NCBI GenBank assembly: GCA_963693055.1
Contig: OY843751.1
Location: 1,984,001 to 2,048,000 of the forward strand
Reading direction: 5' to 3'
Origin: a bacterium
Lineage (GTDB): Bacteria > Zhuqueibacterota > Zhuqueibacteria > Residuimicrobiales > Krinioviventaceae
DNA: 64,000 nt
Shown here: piece by piece, positions 1-10,585 of the stretch
Layout: each line of letters opens with the position of its first letter
Position numbering within the stretch: position 1 is the stretch's first letter
Position numbers and translations under genes: made by a program
The notes under the pieces: generated by a model
The model's database searches: none
What the model saw: only the letters and a program-made list of their open reading frames with translations
Told to the model about the DNA's origin: nothing

Positions 1-2288
1 AGTATTTCACCTTTGCTTGTTTCAAGTATAATGATATCCTTTTGATCAGGTTCATATGTGCGTGTATTTTTTTTAATACTTGAACGAATTTGTATCTTTT
101 TCCAGGGGCTTTCCAGTTTTAATGTGCCGCCATATAGCGAAGTGATTTTTATTTTATCAACGTCATTGCTTTTATCTGCCGATACCAAAAAGCCACCTTG
201 TGCGCGTAAATTTGTAAAAGATGCGGACTGGTCATCAGGCAATGCGGGGAACACGCGGATGATATCCTTTACGCTTTGCAGAAGTAGTTCGGATATTGCG
301 ATGCCGGTTCCGAATTGTTCGGTATAGTGGCCATTATCGTTAAACCGATGGTGCGGTTCCAATCGGTTCAGAGTCATAGTACCGTTTGGACGATAACGGG
401 CAAGGATTTCATCATTAATCCATTGTTCTGTATCTTTCATGCCAAGACGGGCTTTTGCAACAGCTATCATAATGGTGGCATTGTTGCCGTTCCATTCCAT
501 ATTTTGTATGGTGCGTTCAAAAATTTGTTTTTCATTTTCCGATGACCACCAGGTAACAATGTCACTTGGGAATACCGGGGTTATGGGCACGGGAATGTTG
601 TACAACATGGGTTCTGCGTTTTCAACATCCACAACTACCGGTGAATCCTTTCCGTATTTGGGATAATCCGGCAGACGTTCAAGACAGGCTTTAAAGCGTG
701 TAACCAAATTGGGGTCAGTATTCAGGATCTCAGCTCCTTCAATGGCTGCATTGAGCGTATAACGGACCATGGAAATGTCAAAAGTGCAATTGTAGTTATA
801 TTTCAAGTATTTTGTCCAGCCATGATGTTCCGGTGAGACGGAAGGTCCCAGTTCGATGGTTTCATCACCCGGACACTGGTCAATAAAATCCGCGTAAAAC
901 AGGGCTGTTTCCCGTATGGCGGGATAGACTCTGTTTTTCAAGAGCTCAATATCAGGATCATATTTATAATGCCACCACATGGGCTGTACACTGAAACCGT
1001 TGACGCCAATTGTTAACCCCCAGGTGTGATGAATGTATTGTCTGCCGTTACGGCTTTTACATAGTTCAGGATTCGCGGGTTCATAAGCATACAAAACATG
1101 GGGATAATATGCGCCGTTGATGTTATATACCTGTTTTGCGAGCCATTTTGCGCGGTCCAGATATTCAAACATGAGCCGGTCATAGGGTTCACATAATTCT
1201 GTGTGGTTGGCGGCAAAGGCGGCCCAGTAGGTCTGTTGAATGTTATAATTGGTGTGGTAATCGCCATGCCATTGCGGGGTATCGTTGACGAGCCCTGCAT
1301 ATAGCCCGGTGGATTGTACCCCGGGTTTGCTAACACATCGCAGAAAATAGAGCGAACGGTACCAGGTATCTTGCAGCAATTTGTTTTCAATTTTGATACC
1401 ACTTGCGGACCAAAAATTGTCCCAAATTTGTTCATGCTCTTTTATCATTTTTTTATGATTTATTTCAAGTGTTTGCAAGGCAAGCGAGATCGCCTCCTGC
1501 AGGTAATTTTCTGATTCAAGAGAGGTTACAATGGATACTGTTTTTTGTGAAGGAGATGAAGCTGCCGCAACTGCGAACTGCATGCCGGGCCAGTCCAAAT
1601 CTCCGGGAATGCTCTGGGTAAGCCATATAACGCCATCAGTTGTTCCGGATTGAGCAGGAGGGAGTCCTTTTGATTTGATCGCTTCAAGTTTGATACTGCC
1701 CTCGCCATTGATGAGAAAAACATTATTTTGTGCAAGTGCCCGTACCTCTGCCAGTGTTTCAATATCCATATCAACCATCCTGACCCTTGCTTTTCGGATA
1801 TCCAGGTCTGCACCTGCATGCAGATTGCCCGATGCATTGTCGGGAGTGAGGATAACCCGCGCGCATTGGCGGGGACAGGGATATGCATTGGTATGATAGC
1901 TGTCTTCATGAGGCCAGGTGGTGCCTTCCGGAAGCACTGCAGCACGGTTGACATTTTTAATGGGAAAGCCGGTATCAGATTTACCCAGCTTTTTGATGAG
2001 ATCGAGCGTGGGGATGGGGGGATCGTTTTTTGTCTCTACACGGGCGTCCCATACATCGTTTTTGGTGAGGTTCATGAGAATAGACGCACTGTCTGAATAA
2101 ACGAGCGCACTAATATCGCCGTTGCCAATGATCAGAGAACCATCCAGGATGTTATCAGGATTCTCTACAACGATTACCGCATCATTTAATGCCTGGCTAT
2201 AGGGGATTGAGGTTCCGTTTTTGTTTGTACAATTTACAAGAATAGTGCAAAAAAATAGCAATATTAAAGTTCTGATTTTGTTCTTCAT
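1..2288 (-). CDS. GH95-like glycoside hydrolase (alpha-L-fucosidase 2 family), 3' end runs off the window
   Basis: Not in the ORF track because it has no stop in the window. Manual translation from ATG 2288 stays open: signal-like MKNKIRTLILLFFCTILVNC, IIGNGD, WHGDYHTNYNIQQTYW, GPSVSPEH, LLLQS..IIRVFPALP, NLRAQGGFLVSA. Confidence 0.8.
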   Translation of the reverse strand, partial: MKNKIRTLILLFFCTILVNCTNKNGTSIPYSQALNDAVIVVENPDNILDGSLIIGNGDISALVYSDSASILMNLTKNDVWDARVETKNDPPIPTLDLIKKLGKSDTGFPIKNVNRAAVLPEGTTWPHEDSYHTNAYPCPRQCARVILTPDNASGNLHAGADLDIRKARVRMVDMDIETLAEVRALAQNNVFLINGEGSIKLEAIKSKGLPPAQSGTTDGVIWLTQSIPGDLDWPGMQFAVAAASSPSQKTVSIVTSLESENYLQEAISLALQTLEINHKKMIKEHEQIWDNFWSASGIKIENKLLQDTWYRSLYFLRCVSKPGVQSTGLYAGLVNDTPQWHGDYHTNYNIQQTYWAAFAANHTELCEPYDRLMFEYLDRAKWLAKQVYNINGAYYPHVLYAYEPANPELCKSRNGRQYIHHTWGLTIGVNGFSVQPMWWHYKYDPDIELLKNRVYPAIRETALFYADFIDQCPGDETIELGPSVSPEHHGWTKYLKYNYNCTFDISMVRYTLNAAIEGAEILNTDPNLVTRFKACLERLPDYPKYGKDSPVVVDVENAEPMLYNIPVPITPVFPSDIVTWWSSENEKQIFERTIQNMEWNGNNATIMIAVAKARLGMKDTEQWINDEILARYRPNGTMTLNRLEPHHRFNDNGHYTEQFGTGIAISELLLQSVKDIIRVFPALPDDQSASFTNLRAQGGFLVSADKSNDVDKIKITSLYGGTLKLESPWKKIQIRSSIKKNTRTYEPDQKDIIILETSKGEI

Positions 2289-2380
2289 GGCATTCCCATT
2301 CATAGCTGATGGATATAATAAACATTTGTTGAATTCAAATGTTCAGAGTTACTACTTGAATAATTAGGGTTGTTGAAACT

Positions 2381-2406
2381 CAAAAGCAGGAAATTTCCTG
2401 CTTTTG
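2381..2406. terminator. Perfect palindrome, probable terminator or stabilising hairpin after the 2450..3967 gene
   Basis: caaaagcaggaaa/tttcctgcttttg. Confidence 0.5.
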
Positions 2407-2449
2407 GGTTGAATTCAATCTGGTTGCAGCCTATGGCTTGAGGGATATG

Positions 2450-3967
2450 TTATGCTTCTTCAACAACTTTCCAGCCAACCTTGTCGGCAAGGGCATAAGC
2501 CTGTTTTTTCAGATCACCGTAAAATGTTACACGGTGCCAGCCCCACGTGCCCCATTGGGTGAACAGTTTTTCCATGTCACCCACAGGTTCCGCGCAGAGT
2601 TTGGTACGGCAGGCGCGGTCATCTGGATCATTGTCTACAGCTACAGCCTGGTGCAACAGGATCTCGTTACGTTCCGGTTCCAGTTGCATACTTGTGGTAA
2701 GGTAACCTGTAGGCATAATGGATCTTACTGCAGCGCCTTTTCTGTCTTCCGAGTGGTTCATAATGTCGTATGGATTCTTACTTCCCTGGGGACCAAATGC
2801 CTTGTTAGACGCAACACAGTGCGCGTAAATGATTTGACCTTTTGCTGTATCAATTACCGGATCCGAGATATATCCGGGTCTTCCTTTGGTCAATGTCGTA
2901 AAGGTAACCATGGTTGCAGTTGATCGGGTATCACACTCGCAGGCGCCTATGAATCCTTCGTTATTTAACTGGTGAAATCCCAGGCAGGGGTAAGCGTGTA
3001 TGTGACCACCGTAGAAACCACCCAGACAATTGATGGTGATTGCATTTGCGTTATGCTTTTTCAATACATCTTTCATACCCAGATAGAATGCAGCTGAATT
3101 GATGATGGTTTTTTCAGGTACGTCAATTATATTCTCTGCGTCATTCATCCAGCGTTTTGCGATTTCTCTGGATTCGTCCTTGTCTGCTCTTTCCCAGGCA
3201 CGATTTACTTCACTGAATGCTACCCGTTCCATGGGTATGCCCATAATGGGATCAGCCGGACCGGATTCCTGATTACGGATGGCAAGGATCTTGGACTCGC
3301 CCAATTGTTTTACCCATTCGTCAGTGTTGAGCGTTTCAAATTCATCCTTGGCATAGGTTGCGCCAGAAGGGGGCTTTGTATTTTTAATACGAACTTTTGC
3401 AACATTGGCAGCAAAATTTTGAGCAGTGCTGTTGCCAAAACATTTGACTGATTTCACCAGATCGCTTATATCGGAAGAGGAAACGAACCCGAGGTTGGGG
3501 GTACCTTTTTCCATAAAACGGCCGATATAGACTAAAAATCCACCACTACCGCCAAATTGAAAATCGGCATACAAGGTGGGTTTGCCGCTTGCGGCTATGG
3601 TTTGCACCACCTTGTTCCAACAGTTCATCTGATAGACCAGATATCCGTCAATGGCCTGGTTTTCATCTGCTTTTAAGAGCTTTTCAGCTTCTTCAGGGCC
3701 GGTTGCCATGGACGAAACAAATTCGAAATGGGGAATCTCTTTTTGTAACGTACCGGTTATACGTTCCATATGGGGATTAAAATCAAATCCTATATTGGGC
3801 CAATCCGGTTTTTCCTGAACTGGTGAATGCAATGAATAAATAATATGGATTTTCTTTTTCTCTTTGGAACAGGATGCCAGGGGAGCCGCCGCACAGAAAG
3901 CGGCACAACCAGCGCAGCGCCCCATAAAAGCCCGCCGGTCAAGGATGGAACTGTTGTTAAAACTCAT
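2450..3967 (-). CDS. Tat-exported L-fucose/L-arabinose isomerase-like protein
   Basis: DRRAFMG twin-arginine motif with lipobox-like LASC; AITINCL, PCLG, ACECD, YAHC and WHRVTFYGD motifs resemble the FucI/AraA-like family. Confidence 0.65.
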   Translation of the reverse strand: MSFNNSSILDRRAFMGRCAGCAAFCAAAPLASCSKEKKKIHIIYSLHSPVQEKPDWPNIGFDFNPHMERITGTLQKEIPHFEFVSSMATGPEEAEKLLKADENQAIDGYLVYQMNCWNKVVQTIAASGKPTLYADFQFGGSGGFLVYIGRFMEKGTPNLGFVSSSDISDLVKSVKCFGNSTAQNFAANVAKVRIKNTKPPSGATYAKDEFETLNTDEWVKQLGESKILAIRNQESGPADPIMGIPMERVAFSEVNRAWERADKDESREIAKRWMNDAENIIDVPEKTIINSAAFYLGMKDVLKKHNANAITINCLGGFYGGHIHAYPCLGFHQLNNEGFIGACECDTRSTATMVTFTTLTKGRPGYISDPVIDTAKGQIIYAHCVASNKAFGPQGSKNPYDIMNHSEDRKGAAVRSIMPTGYLTTSMQLEPERNEILLHQAVAVDNDPDDRACRTKLCAEPVGDMEKLFTQWGTWGWHRVTFYGDLKKQAYALADKVGWKVVEEA

Positions 3968-4135
3968 GCACTTCTCCTTAAATTTAAATATATATGAAAA
4001 CAGGATTTTTAAAGCATGGTTATAATATGAATATGTATAGGCAGAGGAGAATAATATATAACTAAATATAGTTAATATTTTTATAAAGGCAAGGGGAAAT
4101 GTTAGTGTTGCAGAGTGAAATTGTTGAGTTTCTTT

Positions 4136-4900
4136 TTATTTTTCTAATAGATTGTCTCTATTGCAATTGAGATCTATTCTAACATTTTTTTTGTTCAATA
4201 AATCCATGAATTCGTAAAAATTATTATTTAAAATGAAATCTACTTCTTCCTGGTAGATTGGAAAAAGTTGAAGAAAGTAAATTGTTTTTTCTTTATCGAT
4301 TTCCAATTCGAAAAAATCTTGGCCAAATGGTGTAGCTAAAATTAGCAACATGGTGTTCAATTTTGTGTTAACAGAAAATGGTATTGGAGGATTCCCATTA
4401 GGTATTGTATGTCCATCAAATATCCAAGTATTGTATTCATGCGGGAAATGTGCCAATCGATTCAATTGATCAACAGGCCAGAGATTTTCCTCAGCATTAT
4501 TATCGTTCGATAAATCCCATGATTTTGGTAATATCATCATTATTTCAATATATTTAAATTTTTCAGCTCCTTCTGGTGTATTCATTGGCAGTTCACTCAT
4601 TCCTGATGTTATTAATATTTTGTATGGATATTTTGAAGGATTAAAATAATGAACATCAATATGAACAGTATTACTTTCAAATTCATGATATACAAATTCA
4701 GGTTCACCAAAGAATTTCTCTGCATGAATTATAATTTTTTCTATTAGTTTATGATTCCCCACAATTAATGTGGAATCTTTTCTGATATCATTTGCTGCAT
4801 GTATTACAGTTTTATGTTCTATTTCTTTAGAGAAACAGCCTTTTTCGATAAACAAAAAGAACAATATTGCAAAAATAAAATATTTCTTCATCTTTTTCAT
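4136..4900 (-). CDS. Suppressor-of-fused (SUFU) domain protein
   Basis: HIDVH, LITSGMSELPM, LAHFPHEYNTWIFDGHTIPNG, FLQLFPIYQEE. Confidence 0.8.
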   Translation of the reverse strand: MKKMKKYFIFAILFFLFIEKGCFSKEIEHKTVIHAANDIRKDSTLIVGNHKLIEKIIIHAEKFFGEPEFVYHEFESNTVHIDVHYFNPSKYPYKILITSGMSELPMNTPEGAEKFKYIEIMMILPKSWDLSNDNNAEENLWPVDQLNRLAHFPHEYNTWIFDGHTIPNGNPPIPFSVNTKLNTMLLILATPFGQDFFELEIDKEKTIYFLQLFPIYQEEVDFILNNNFYEFMDLLNKKNVRIDLNCNRDNLLEK

Positions 4901-4952
4901 TAGCCAGGATTCATAAAAGTTAATTTGGTTGATTTTTATTTTTTAAAAAAAT

Positions 4953-5936
4953 CTAGATCCTTTGACCTGATATTTTTTTACTCCATTCATTAGGAGGAAA
5001 CGCAAAAGATTCGTTTTTCCATGAACGGGCAATTCCAATATCATAACCGCTCATTAATACGATTACAATGGAATTGATATCATTGATGTTTGTATATTTT
5101 TCCATCACTACCGATGCTGATCGTATTGCGAGTTCTTCATTGTCAATTGTTTGATTATTTTGGATGATCTTGACTTGAATATAGTCTGTTCTGTTATTAA
5201 AATTTTGAGAAAATCCTTTCATTACATAAATAAATGGATTTTTTTCATTTTCAATTAATTGATTTTGAATTTCCATTAAATTAGAAATTGTTTCATTTTG
5301 GGTTGAAATATTTTTAGTAATATAATTTGCTAAAAGTGTTGCTGTAAACAGAAAAATGATCATAATTTTATGCACTCGCCATAATGCAGGGACTATATTT
5401 GAAAAATTGTTTTTTTCTTTTACTACTAAAGTTTTTGCCAACAAATCATGCAACGATTGTCTGGTTTTTCTGTTAAATATGTATAGATAGATTATAGTAC
5501 TGCCAGTTCCAAATAATACCAAATTTATCAAATATCCTGCGGGTGATTGGAGTAGACTGTTTGGTAATAATGCACCATTTAAAAACCAGGGTATTGTTAT
5601 AATTACACTACGTAATAGTGATTTGGGAAACGAAATCAGGTTGCCGTTATAATCCGTAATCTTGAGTTTTAATAGCATTTTCCCAAGTGTTTGTCCTTTA
5701 CCAATATTACTGTTCAATATCGAGAAATAAATTGTTGTAATAGTAAAGCCAATGAGTTTACCCCATGCGCCAGCTTTTATTAACCACTCTTGAAATATAC
5801 CTCCTATTATTATACCGAAAATTCCAAGAACGAGAACGTCAATGATAAGCGCGAAAATTCTAATCCAAAATCCGGCAAAAGTTATGTTATTTTCCTTTGT
5901 TGTTTCATTAATATGCTCGTTGGATTGATATTCCAT
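4953..5936 (-). CDS. RDD family membrane protein
   Basis: AGFWIRIFALIID, GQTLGKMLLKLKI, RQSLHDLLAKTLVV. Confidence 0.9.
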   Translation of the reverse strand: MEYQSNEHINETTKENNITFAGFWIRIFALIIDVLVLGIFGIIIGGIFQEWLIKAGAWGKLIGFTITTIYFSILNSNIGKGQTLGKMLLKLKITDYNGNLISFPKSLLRSVIITIPWFLNGALLPNSLLQSPAGYLINLVLFGTGSTIIYLYIFNRKTRQSLHDLLAKTLVVKEKNNFSNIVPALWRVHKIMIIFLFTATLLANYITKNISTQNETISNLMEIQNQLIENEKNPFIYVMKGFSQNFNNRTDYIQVKIIQNNQTIDNEELAIRSASVVMEKYTNINDINSIVIVLMSGYDIGIARSWKNESFAFPPNEWSKKISGQRI

Positions 5937-6137
5937 AGTCGTCCCTTTTGAATATTACGGATGCGAAAGATTGTTTTGAAATTAAATGGTTCCCCTGATT
6001 TAAAAAAGGAATATTTGAAATTTAAAAAAAAACTGGATATTGTCAATAATGATTTTGGTTCAAGGTGATTTTAAATAGAAAAAATTAGAGTTTGTAAGGA
6101 AATATGAAAGGTATTTATATAAACCATTTTCTAATTT

Positions 6138-6890
6138 TTATTCTATCGGCTCACCACTTTCCAATACCTGGAGTACTTTATCATCATTGACTTTAATCTG
6201 CCAAGTATGCATGTGTATACAGCCTGAAGGACAATCTCCCCAGCCATATGAAAAGAGGTATGTCCTTGTTTTACCTGCATCTACCAAAACTGGATTTGGA
6301 ATAAAAGAATAAGCACTGTTAATACTTGTATAATTGAATTCGTTTGTTTGTTCTAAAAGATTGATTGGAACATTTAGATTCATTGGTATAGGTGATAATA
6401 GTTCAAAGGTATAAAGATCTGAAAAAAACATTTCAATTTCTACAACTTTTAGGTTGAATTGTTTGATCACATTATCAATTTTTTTAATACCTGATTCTTG
6501 TTTACCGTTAAGCCAGTTTTTTACCCAGATTTTATTTGTATCGACAGCAACTAAACTTTCTGTAAGATATTTTGAATCAGAAAAATGCATAGCTCTGGAA
6601 TATTTAATAAAATTGGTGTCTATTTTGGAAATTATAGAGTATATAGTAATAAAGTCATTGTAATGTTTTTGTACATTATCCTCATCTAGCCAGGGCATGG
6701 TATTGTAAATCGTTTCATTTTTTTGCATTATCTCGAATTCCATATTTTGTGCATCAGAATATAGAATGGCTTTTAATGAATCCGAGAGAAGAGAGTCATT
6801 GCTATATGATTGGATTTCTTCCGGATCAACTGAATGGTTAGTGCAGGAAATAATAATCAGTAGCAGTAGTAAATAAAGCATTTTGTTCAT
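6138..6890 (-). CDS. Lipoprotein of unknown function with GWGDCPSGC motif (paralog 1)
   Basis: Lipobox IISC; shares VAVDTNKIWVKNWLN and YGWGDCPSGCI with the next gene. Confidence 0.75.
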   Translation of the reverse strand: MNKMLYLLLLLIIISCTNHSVDPEEIQSYSNDSLLSDSLKAILYSDAQNMEFEIMQKNETIYNTMPWLDEDNVQKHYNDFITIYSIISKIDTNFIKYSRAMHFSDSKYLTESLVAVDTNKIWVKNWLNGKQESGIKKIDNVIKQFNLKVVEIEMFFSDLYTFELLSPIPMNLNVPINLLEQTNEFNYTSINSAYSFIPNPVLVDAGKTRTYLFSYGWGDCPSGCIHMHTWQIKVNDDKVLQVLESGEPIE

Positions 6891-6914
6891 GTTAATTCCT
6901 ATAGATAAAAAAGA

Positions 6915-7679
6915 TTATTCCAACGCATCGCCATATTCGATATTCAGGGAAATCTGTTCGCCTTTTACTTTGATTTCCCAGGTGTGTTGATAAATGCAGC
7001 CGGAAGGGCAGTCACCCCATCCGTATTTGAAAATATAATTTTTGTAATCTTGATTGCCCTGCATAGAAATGCTGCTCCAATCGGGATGTCTTGCCGGAAT
7101 TTCGGCATAGAGAAATTCATCGGTTGCTGATAATTTTTCAGCTAATAATCTATTATTTATGGGATTTGCAGATGTTAAAGTGAAATTGTAGCGATTTTTA
7201 GATCCATTGCTTTCAAGAATATCCAGTTCATAATTGTAGATGATTGAATCAATACCGGCAATGTCTGCAATCTTTTTGTCGTTTAACCAGTTTTTAACCC
7301 ATATTTTGTTTGTATCAACAGCGACATGTATTTGTCTTATACCATAGTGGTAATGATTATGGATGCGAGTAATGTTATCAAGAAACCTTTTGTTGATCTT
7401 GTAACTGGATTGATAAATATTTATCAGGTCATTATAATACTGACCAATGTTGAATTCGTCTAGTACTGCTGAGCTTGATAGAGTATGTTCTTTGTCTGCT
7501 TGCCTCATGTATTCAATATACACCGCATCGTTATAATACAATTGGCGTGTAGAATCATTGAGGGGAATAATATCGGATGCAGATAAATTGTTGGGTTCCG
7601 GGTTGGTAGAATTTTGGTTACATGCCAGGTATAATAGTAATAAAATAAAAAAATGAATTTTTCGCATTACAACCCCCAC
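6915..7679 (-). CDS. Lipoprotein of unknown function with GWGDCPSGC motif (paralog 2)
   Basis: Lipobox YLAC; same conserved blocks as 6138..6890. Confidence 0.75.
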   Translation of the reverse strand: MGVVMRKIHFFILLLLYLACNQNSTNPEPNNLSASDIIPLNDSTRQLYYNDAVYIEYMRQADKEHTLSSSAVLDEFNIGQYYNDLINIYQSSYKINKRFLDNITRIHNHYHYGIRQIHVAVDTNKIWVKNWLNDKKIADIAGIDSIIYNYELDILESNGSKNRYNFTLTSANPINNRLLAEKLSATDEFLYAEIPARHPDWSSISMQGNQDYKNYIFKYGWGDCPSGCIYQHTWEIKVKGEQISLNIEYGDALE

Positions 7680-7780
7680 GTATTTTAGTTTACATGTTAT
7701 CTTTTAAACTTTTCTGTAATTCTTTTGTTCCCTGCTTAAGGTGCACTTTATATTTTATTTAAAAGGTAGCTTTTAAAGAT

Positions 7781-9040
7781 TTATTCTCCTTTCTTTTTCT
7801 GCCAGTAATTGGCCAGCATCGACCCGGTGGCATTCATCCAGGGACCCCAGATTGCAGGTGCCAGTGCGGTATTGGCAGAGTTGAGCACCGTCATTGCCAA
7901 ACCGGATGCCATGCCGCTGTTTTGCATGCCCACTTCGAACGCAATGGTGCGGCAGATTTGGGTGTCCTGGCGGGCCGCGCGGGCAATCCAGTATCCCAGA
8001 ATATAGCCCATAAAATTATGAATTATTGATGTTGCTATCAACAGCATGCCAACGGACATTAGCTTTTCGCTGGACCGTGCGGTGATGATGGCAATAATAA
8101 GACAAATACCCAGCATAGAGATGAACGGCAGAGCCCTGTCCATCCAGTTTGAAGGACTTTTGAGCCAGATACCAATAACCAGTTTGAGCAGGGCAGTGGA
8201 CGCAATCAGCGCGAATCCCAAAATTAATCCGCCTTTCAGCGGCAGTATGACTCCAAAGACGGCAGGATTTATAAAGATGCAGATCAATGACAATACAAAT
8301 CCGGTCAATGCTATCAGTGCAAGCGGCAATGCCCGGTTATAGATTTTAGATTTGCTGTACAAGATCTTGTTGGCGATTAATCCTGCAACAATGGGCACGA
8401 TGATCATATTCAAAATGGATAACATCATGGCGGTAAAATTAATGGGCACCATTTTGCCGGCAAGGGTTTTCATGAGAAACGGGGTCATAATAGGAGACAA
8501 TAGCGTTGAAAAGGATGTCATGGTCACAGAAAGGGCAACATTACCACCGGCAATATATACCATCAGATTCGAGGCTACACCCCCGGGGCAAGAACCTACC
8601 AGTACCACACCCGCGGCAATTTCCGGTTCCAATCCGAACAACAGCGCGATTGATATACCCAACAGCGGCATAATGCTGTATTGCAAAAACAGACCGATAA
8701 ACACAGGGATTGGCATTTTAATGACACGGGAGAAGTCTTTAACATTCAGGGTTGTACCCATACCAAACATGATGATCTGGATTAGCGGTACAATCAAGAG
8801 TCCCAGGTTGAATCCGAACCAGTTCCCAAACAGCCCCGGCCACACCAAGGACGCGATTACGAAGACGAGCACCCAAATGGTAAACGTAAAATTTTTCAAC
8901 ACAGGATGTGATCTGAAATAAAGACTCATGGATATAAACATAAAGACCAGTGTATAACCCATGTATGCTGTTTGTCCGGTAATCCATAATCCAAGCGATA
9001 GTAATAATAAAAACGCGGCCACATATCCGAGTTGTTTCAT
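7781..9040 (-). CDS. Bile acid:sodium symporter (BASS/SBF) family transporter
   Basis: IMFGMGTTL, GSCPGGVASN, GNVALSVTMT, TIAFEVGMQNSG. Confidence 0.92.
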   Translation of the reverse strand: MKQLGYVAAFLLLLSLGLWITGQTAYMGYTLVFMFISMSLYFRSHPVLKNFTFTIWVLVFVIASLVWPGLFGNWFGFNLGLLIVPLIQIIMFGMGTTLNVKDFSRVIKMPIPVFIGLFLQYSIMPLLGISIALLFGLEPEIAAGVVLVGSCPGGVASNLMVYIAGGNVALSVTMTSFSTLLSPIMTPFLMKTLAGKMVPINFTAMMLSILNMIIVPIVAGLIANKILYSKSKIYNRALPLALIALTGFVLSLICIFINPAVFGVILPLKGGLILGFALIASTALLKLVIGIWLKSPSNWMDRALPFISMLGICLIIAIITARSSEKLMSVGMLLIATSIIHNFMGYILGYWIARAARQDTQICRTIAFEVGMQNSGMASGLAMTVLNSANTALAPAIWGPWMNATGSMLANYWQKKKGE

Positions 9041-9136
9041 ATTATGTCCTGTTTTGAGGGAATATTTGGGTTCATTTTTTTAAAAAAGTATGTAAATAAA
9101 ATACAATGAAAAAGGGGGGATTGCAAGCGTAGAATT

Positions 9137-9172
9137 AAAAAAAGCCGCTTTGGAAAAAGTCCTCAAAGCGGC
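9137..9172 (-). terminator. Rho-independent terminator of the btuB-like operon
   Basis: gccgctttg/caaagcggc stem with an A-run on + (U-run on -), just after the stop at 9181. Confidence 0.7.
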
Positions 9173-9180
9173 CCGAGTTT

Positions 9181-10566
9181 TTAACGTATCAATGTCATTT
9201 TACGTATTGTTTTGGTGTTACCTGCACACAATTCGTAATAATAGATTCCGCTTGCTACGGGTGATTGGTTTGCATCACAACCGTTCCACTCGATTTGGTA
9301 AGAACCAGCGGATTGTGTTTGATGTACCAGCGTATTGATTCGTTGTCCCATATTGTTGTATATGGACAATTCTACATTTGATTGCTGCGTAATGGAATAA
9401 CTGAGGGTGGTTGTAGGATTAAAAGGATTGGGATAGTTTTGGGCCAATTCAATTGTTGCCGGAATTTGGGATTGTGGATGTATTCCTGTGGGATCACCAT
9501 CAATGGCTTCCAGAATTCCCAAGTCTTTGGTACCATTGCCTATTACATCCGATTCCCAGATTATAGTATCCTGTTGAACATCCAGTTTTTGTACATGGCC
9601 GTCACCACCCCATTCTTTCATATAGGGAACCCAGACCACATCCAGCGAATTATCATAGAATAACCGCTGCAAATTGGGACCAACAAGAATGGGATTTGAT
9701 GCATCTCGCAATGCTGTACCTGTATTGGCATCATATGAGCAGATATAACCATTCACACCATCACCCCAGGCTGGGCAATATCCCTTGCCATCTACAGTAA
9801 TCACCAGATCACCGGGGGTAAAGGGAGTGGTATGTTCAGCGTCATGCCAGCCAAAATCCACTGTATCCACAGCGGCGGGGGTGTTTTGATTATCACCCGT
9901 ATGAAGATCAATAATCACTACAGAGCCGGCTGTGGTTGCATAATCACCGGTGCAAACCACATTTAATCGTCCATCCGGGGCTATTGCAACATCTTGAGCG
10001 TTGACTGGCGTGTTAACTGTATGGATTACCATATCATTTTCCGCATCGATAATTGAAACAGAGGATTGTTCATAAGGCATTCCCCAGCCCGCGTAACCGG
10101 TATTGGTCACAAACGCTTGACCGTCTTTGCACAAAATTCCTTCAGGCGCTACACCTACTGCAATATTGCCTGTAACCGTACCCGTTGCAAGGTCAATTAC
10201 AGAAACCGTGTTGGCAACATAGTTTGTAACATAGGCTTTATCTGAATCCGGGAACGCGATAGCCCAGGGATTACTACCTTCAGCCAGAGCAATGGTTTGA
10301 ACAACCTGATTGTTTTGCTGCGGATCAATGATCATAATATCATCAGTACCGGAATTGACGATATAGATTAAATCATTAAAAACTACCAACTGATTCGGCA
10401 TTTGTCCGGTTGTCACAATATTAGACTGGATACTCCAATCATCCATTGACATGGATGATACCGTTTCAGCGGATTCGTTCAGCGTATAAAGTGTTCTAGG
10501 AATGCCTGCAAATGCACATGTGTATAAAAGCAGAATCATAAACAACAGACATCTTTTGGGGTACAT
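9181..10566 (-). CDS. YncE/BtuG-like beta-propeller with C-terminal FlgD-Ig/T9SS-type sorting domain; probable cobalamin-binding protein
   Basis: YVTN-type repeats (AYVTNYVANTVSVIDL, AFVTNTG); C-terminal LAQNYPNPFNP...WNG...ASGIYY; directly downstream of a B12-riboswitch-controlled receptor. Confidence 0.75.
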   Translation of the reverse strand: MYPKRCLLFMILLLYTCAFAGIPRTLYTLNESAETVSSMSMDDWSIQSNIVTTGQMPNQLVVFNDLIYIVNSGTDDIMIIDPQQNNQVVQTIALAEGSNPWAIAFPDSDKAYVTNYVANTVSVIDLATGTVTGNIAVGVAPEGILCKDGQAFVTNTGYAGWGMPYEQSSVSIIDAENDMVIHTVNTPVNAQDVAIAPDGRLNVVCTGDYATTAGSVVIIDLHTGDNQNTPAAVDTVDFGWHDAEHTTPFTPGDLVITVDGKGYCPAWGDGVNGYICSYDANTGTALRDASNPILVGPNLQRLFYDNSLDVVWVPYMKEWGGDGHVQKLDVQQDTIIWESDVIGNGTKDLGILEAIDGDPTGIHPQSQIPATIELAQNYPNPFNPTTTLSYSITQQSNVELSIYNNMGQRINTLVHQTQSAGSYQIEWNGCDANQSPVASGIYYYELCAGNTKTIRKMTLIR

Positions 10567-10585
10567 GTTCCCTCCTTTTAAGAGA

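Noticed and set aside
58-2100. Numerous short ORFs listed in the track
   Set aside because: They are shadows of a single minus-strand GH95-like gene (1..2288) that the track missed because it has no stop in the window.
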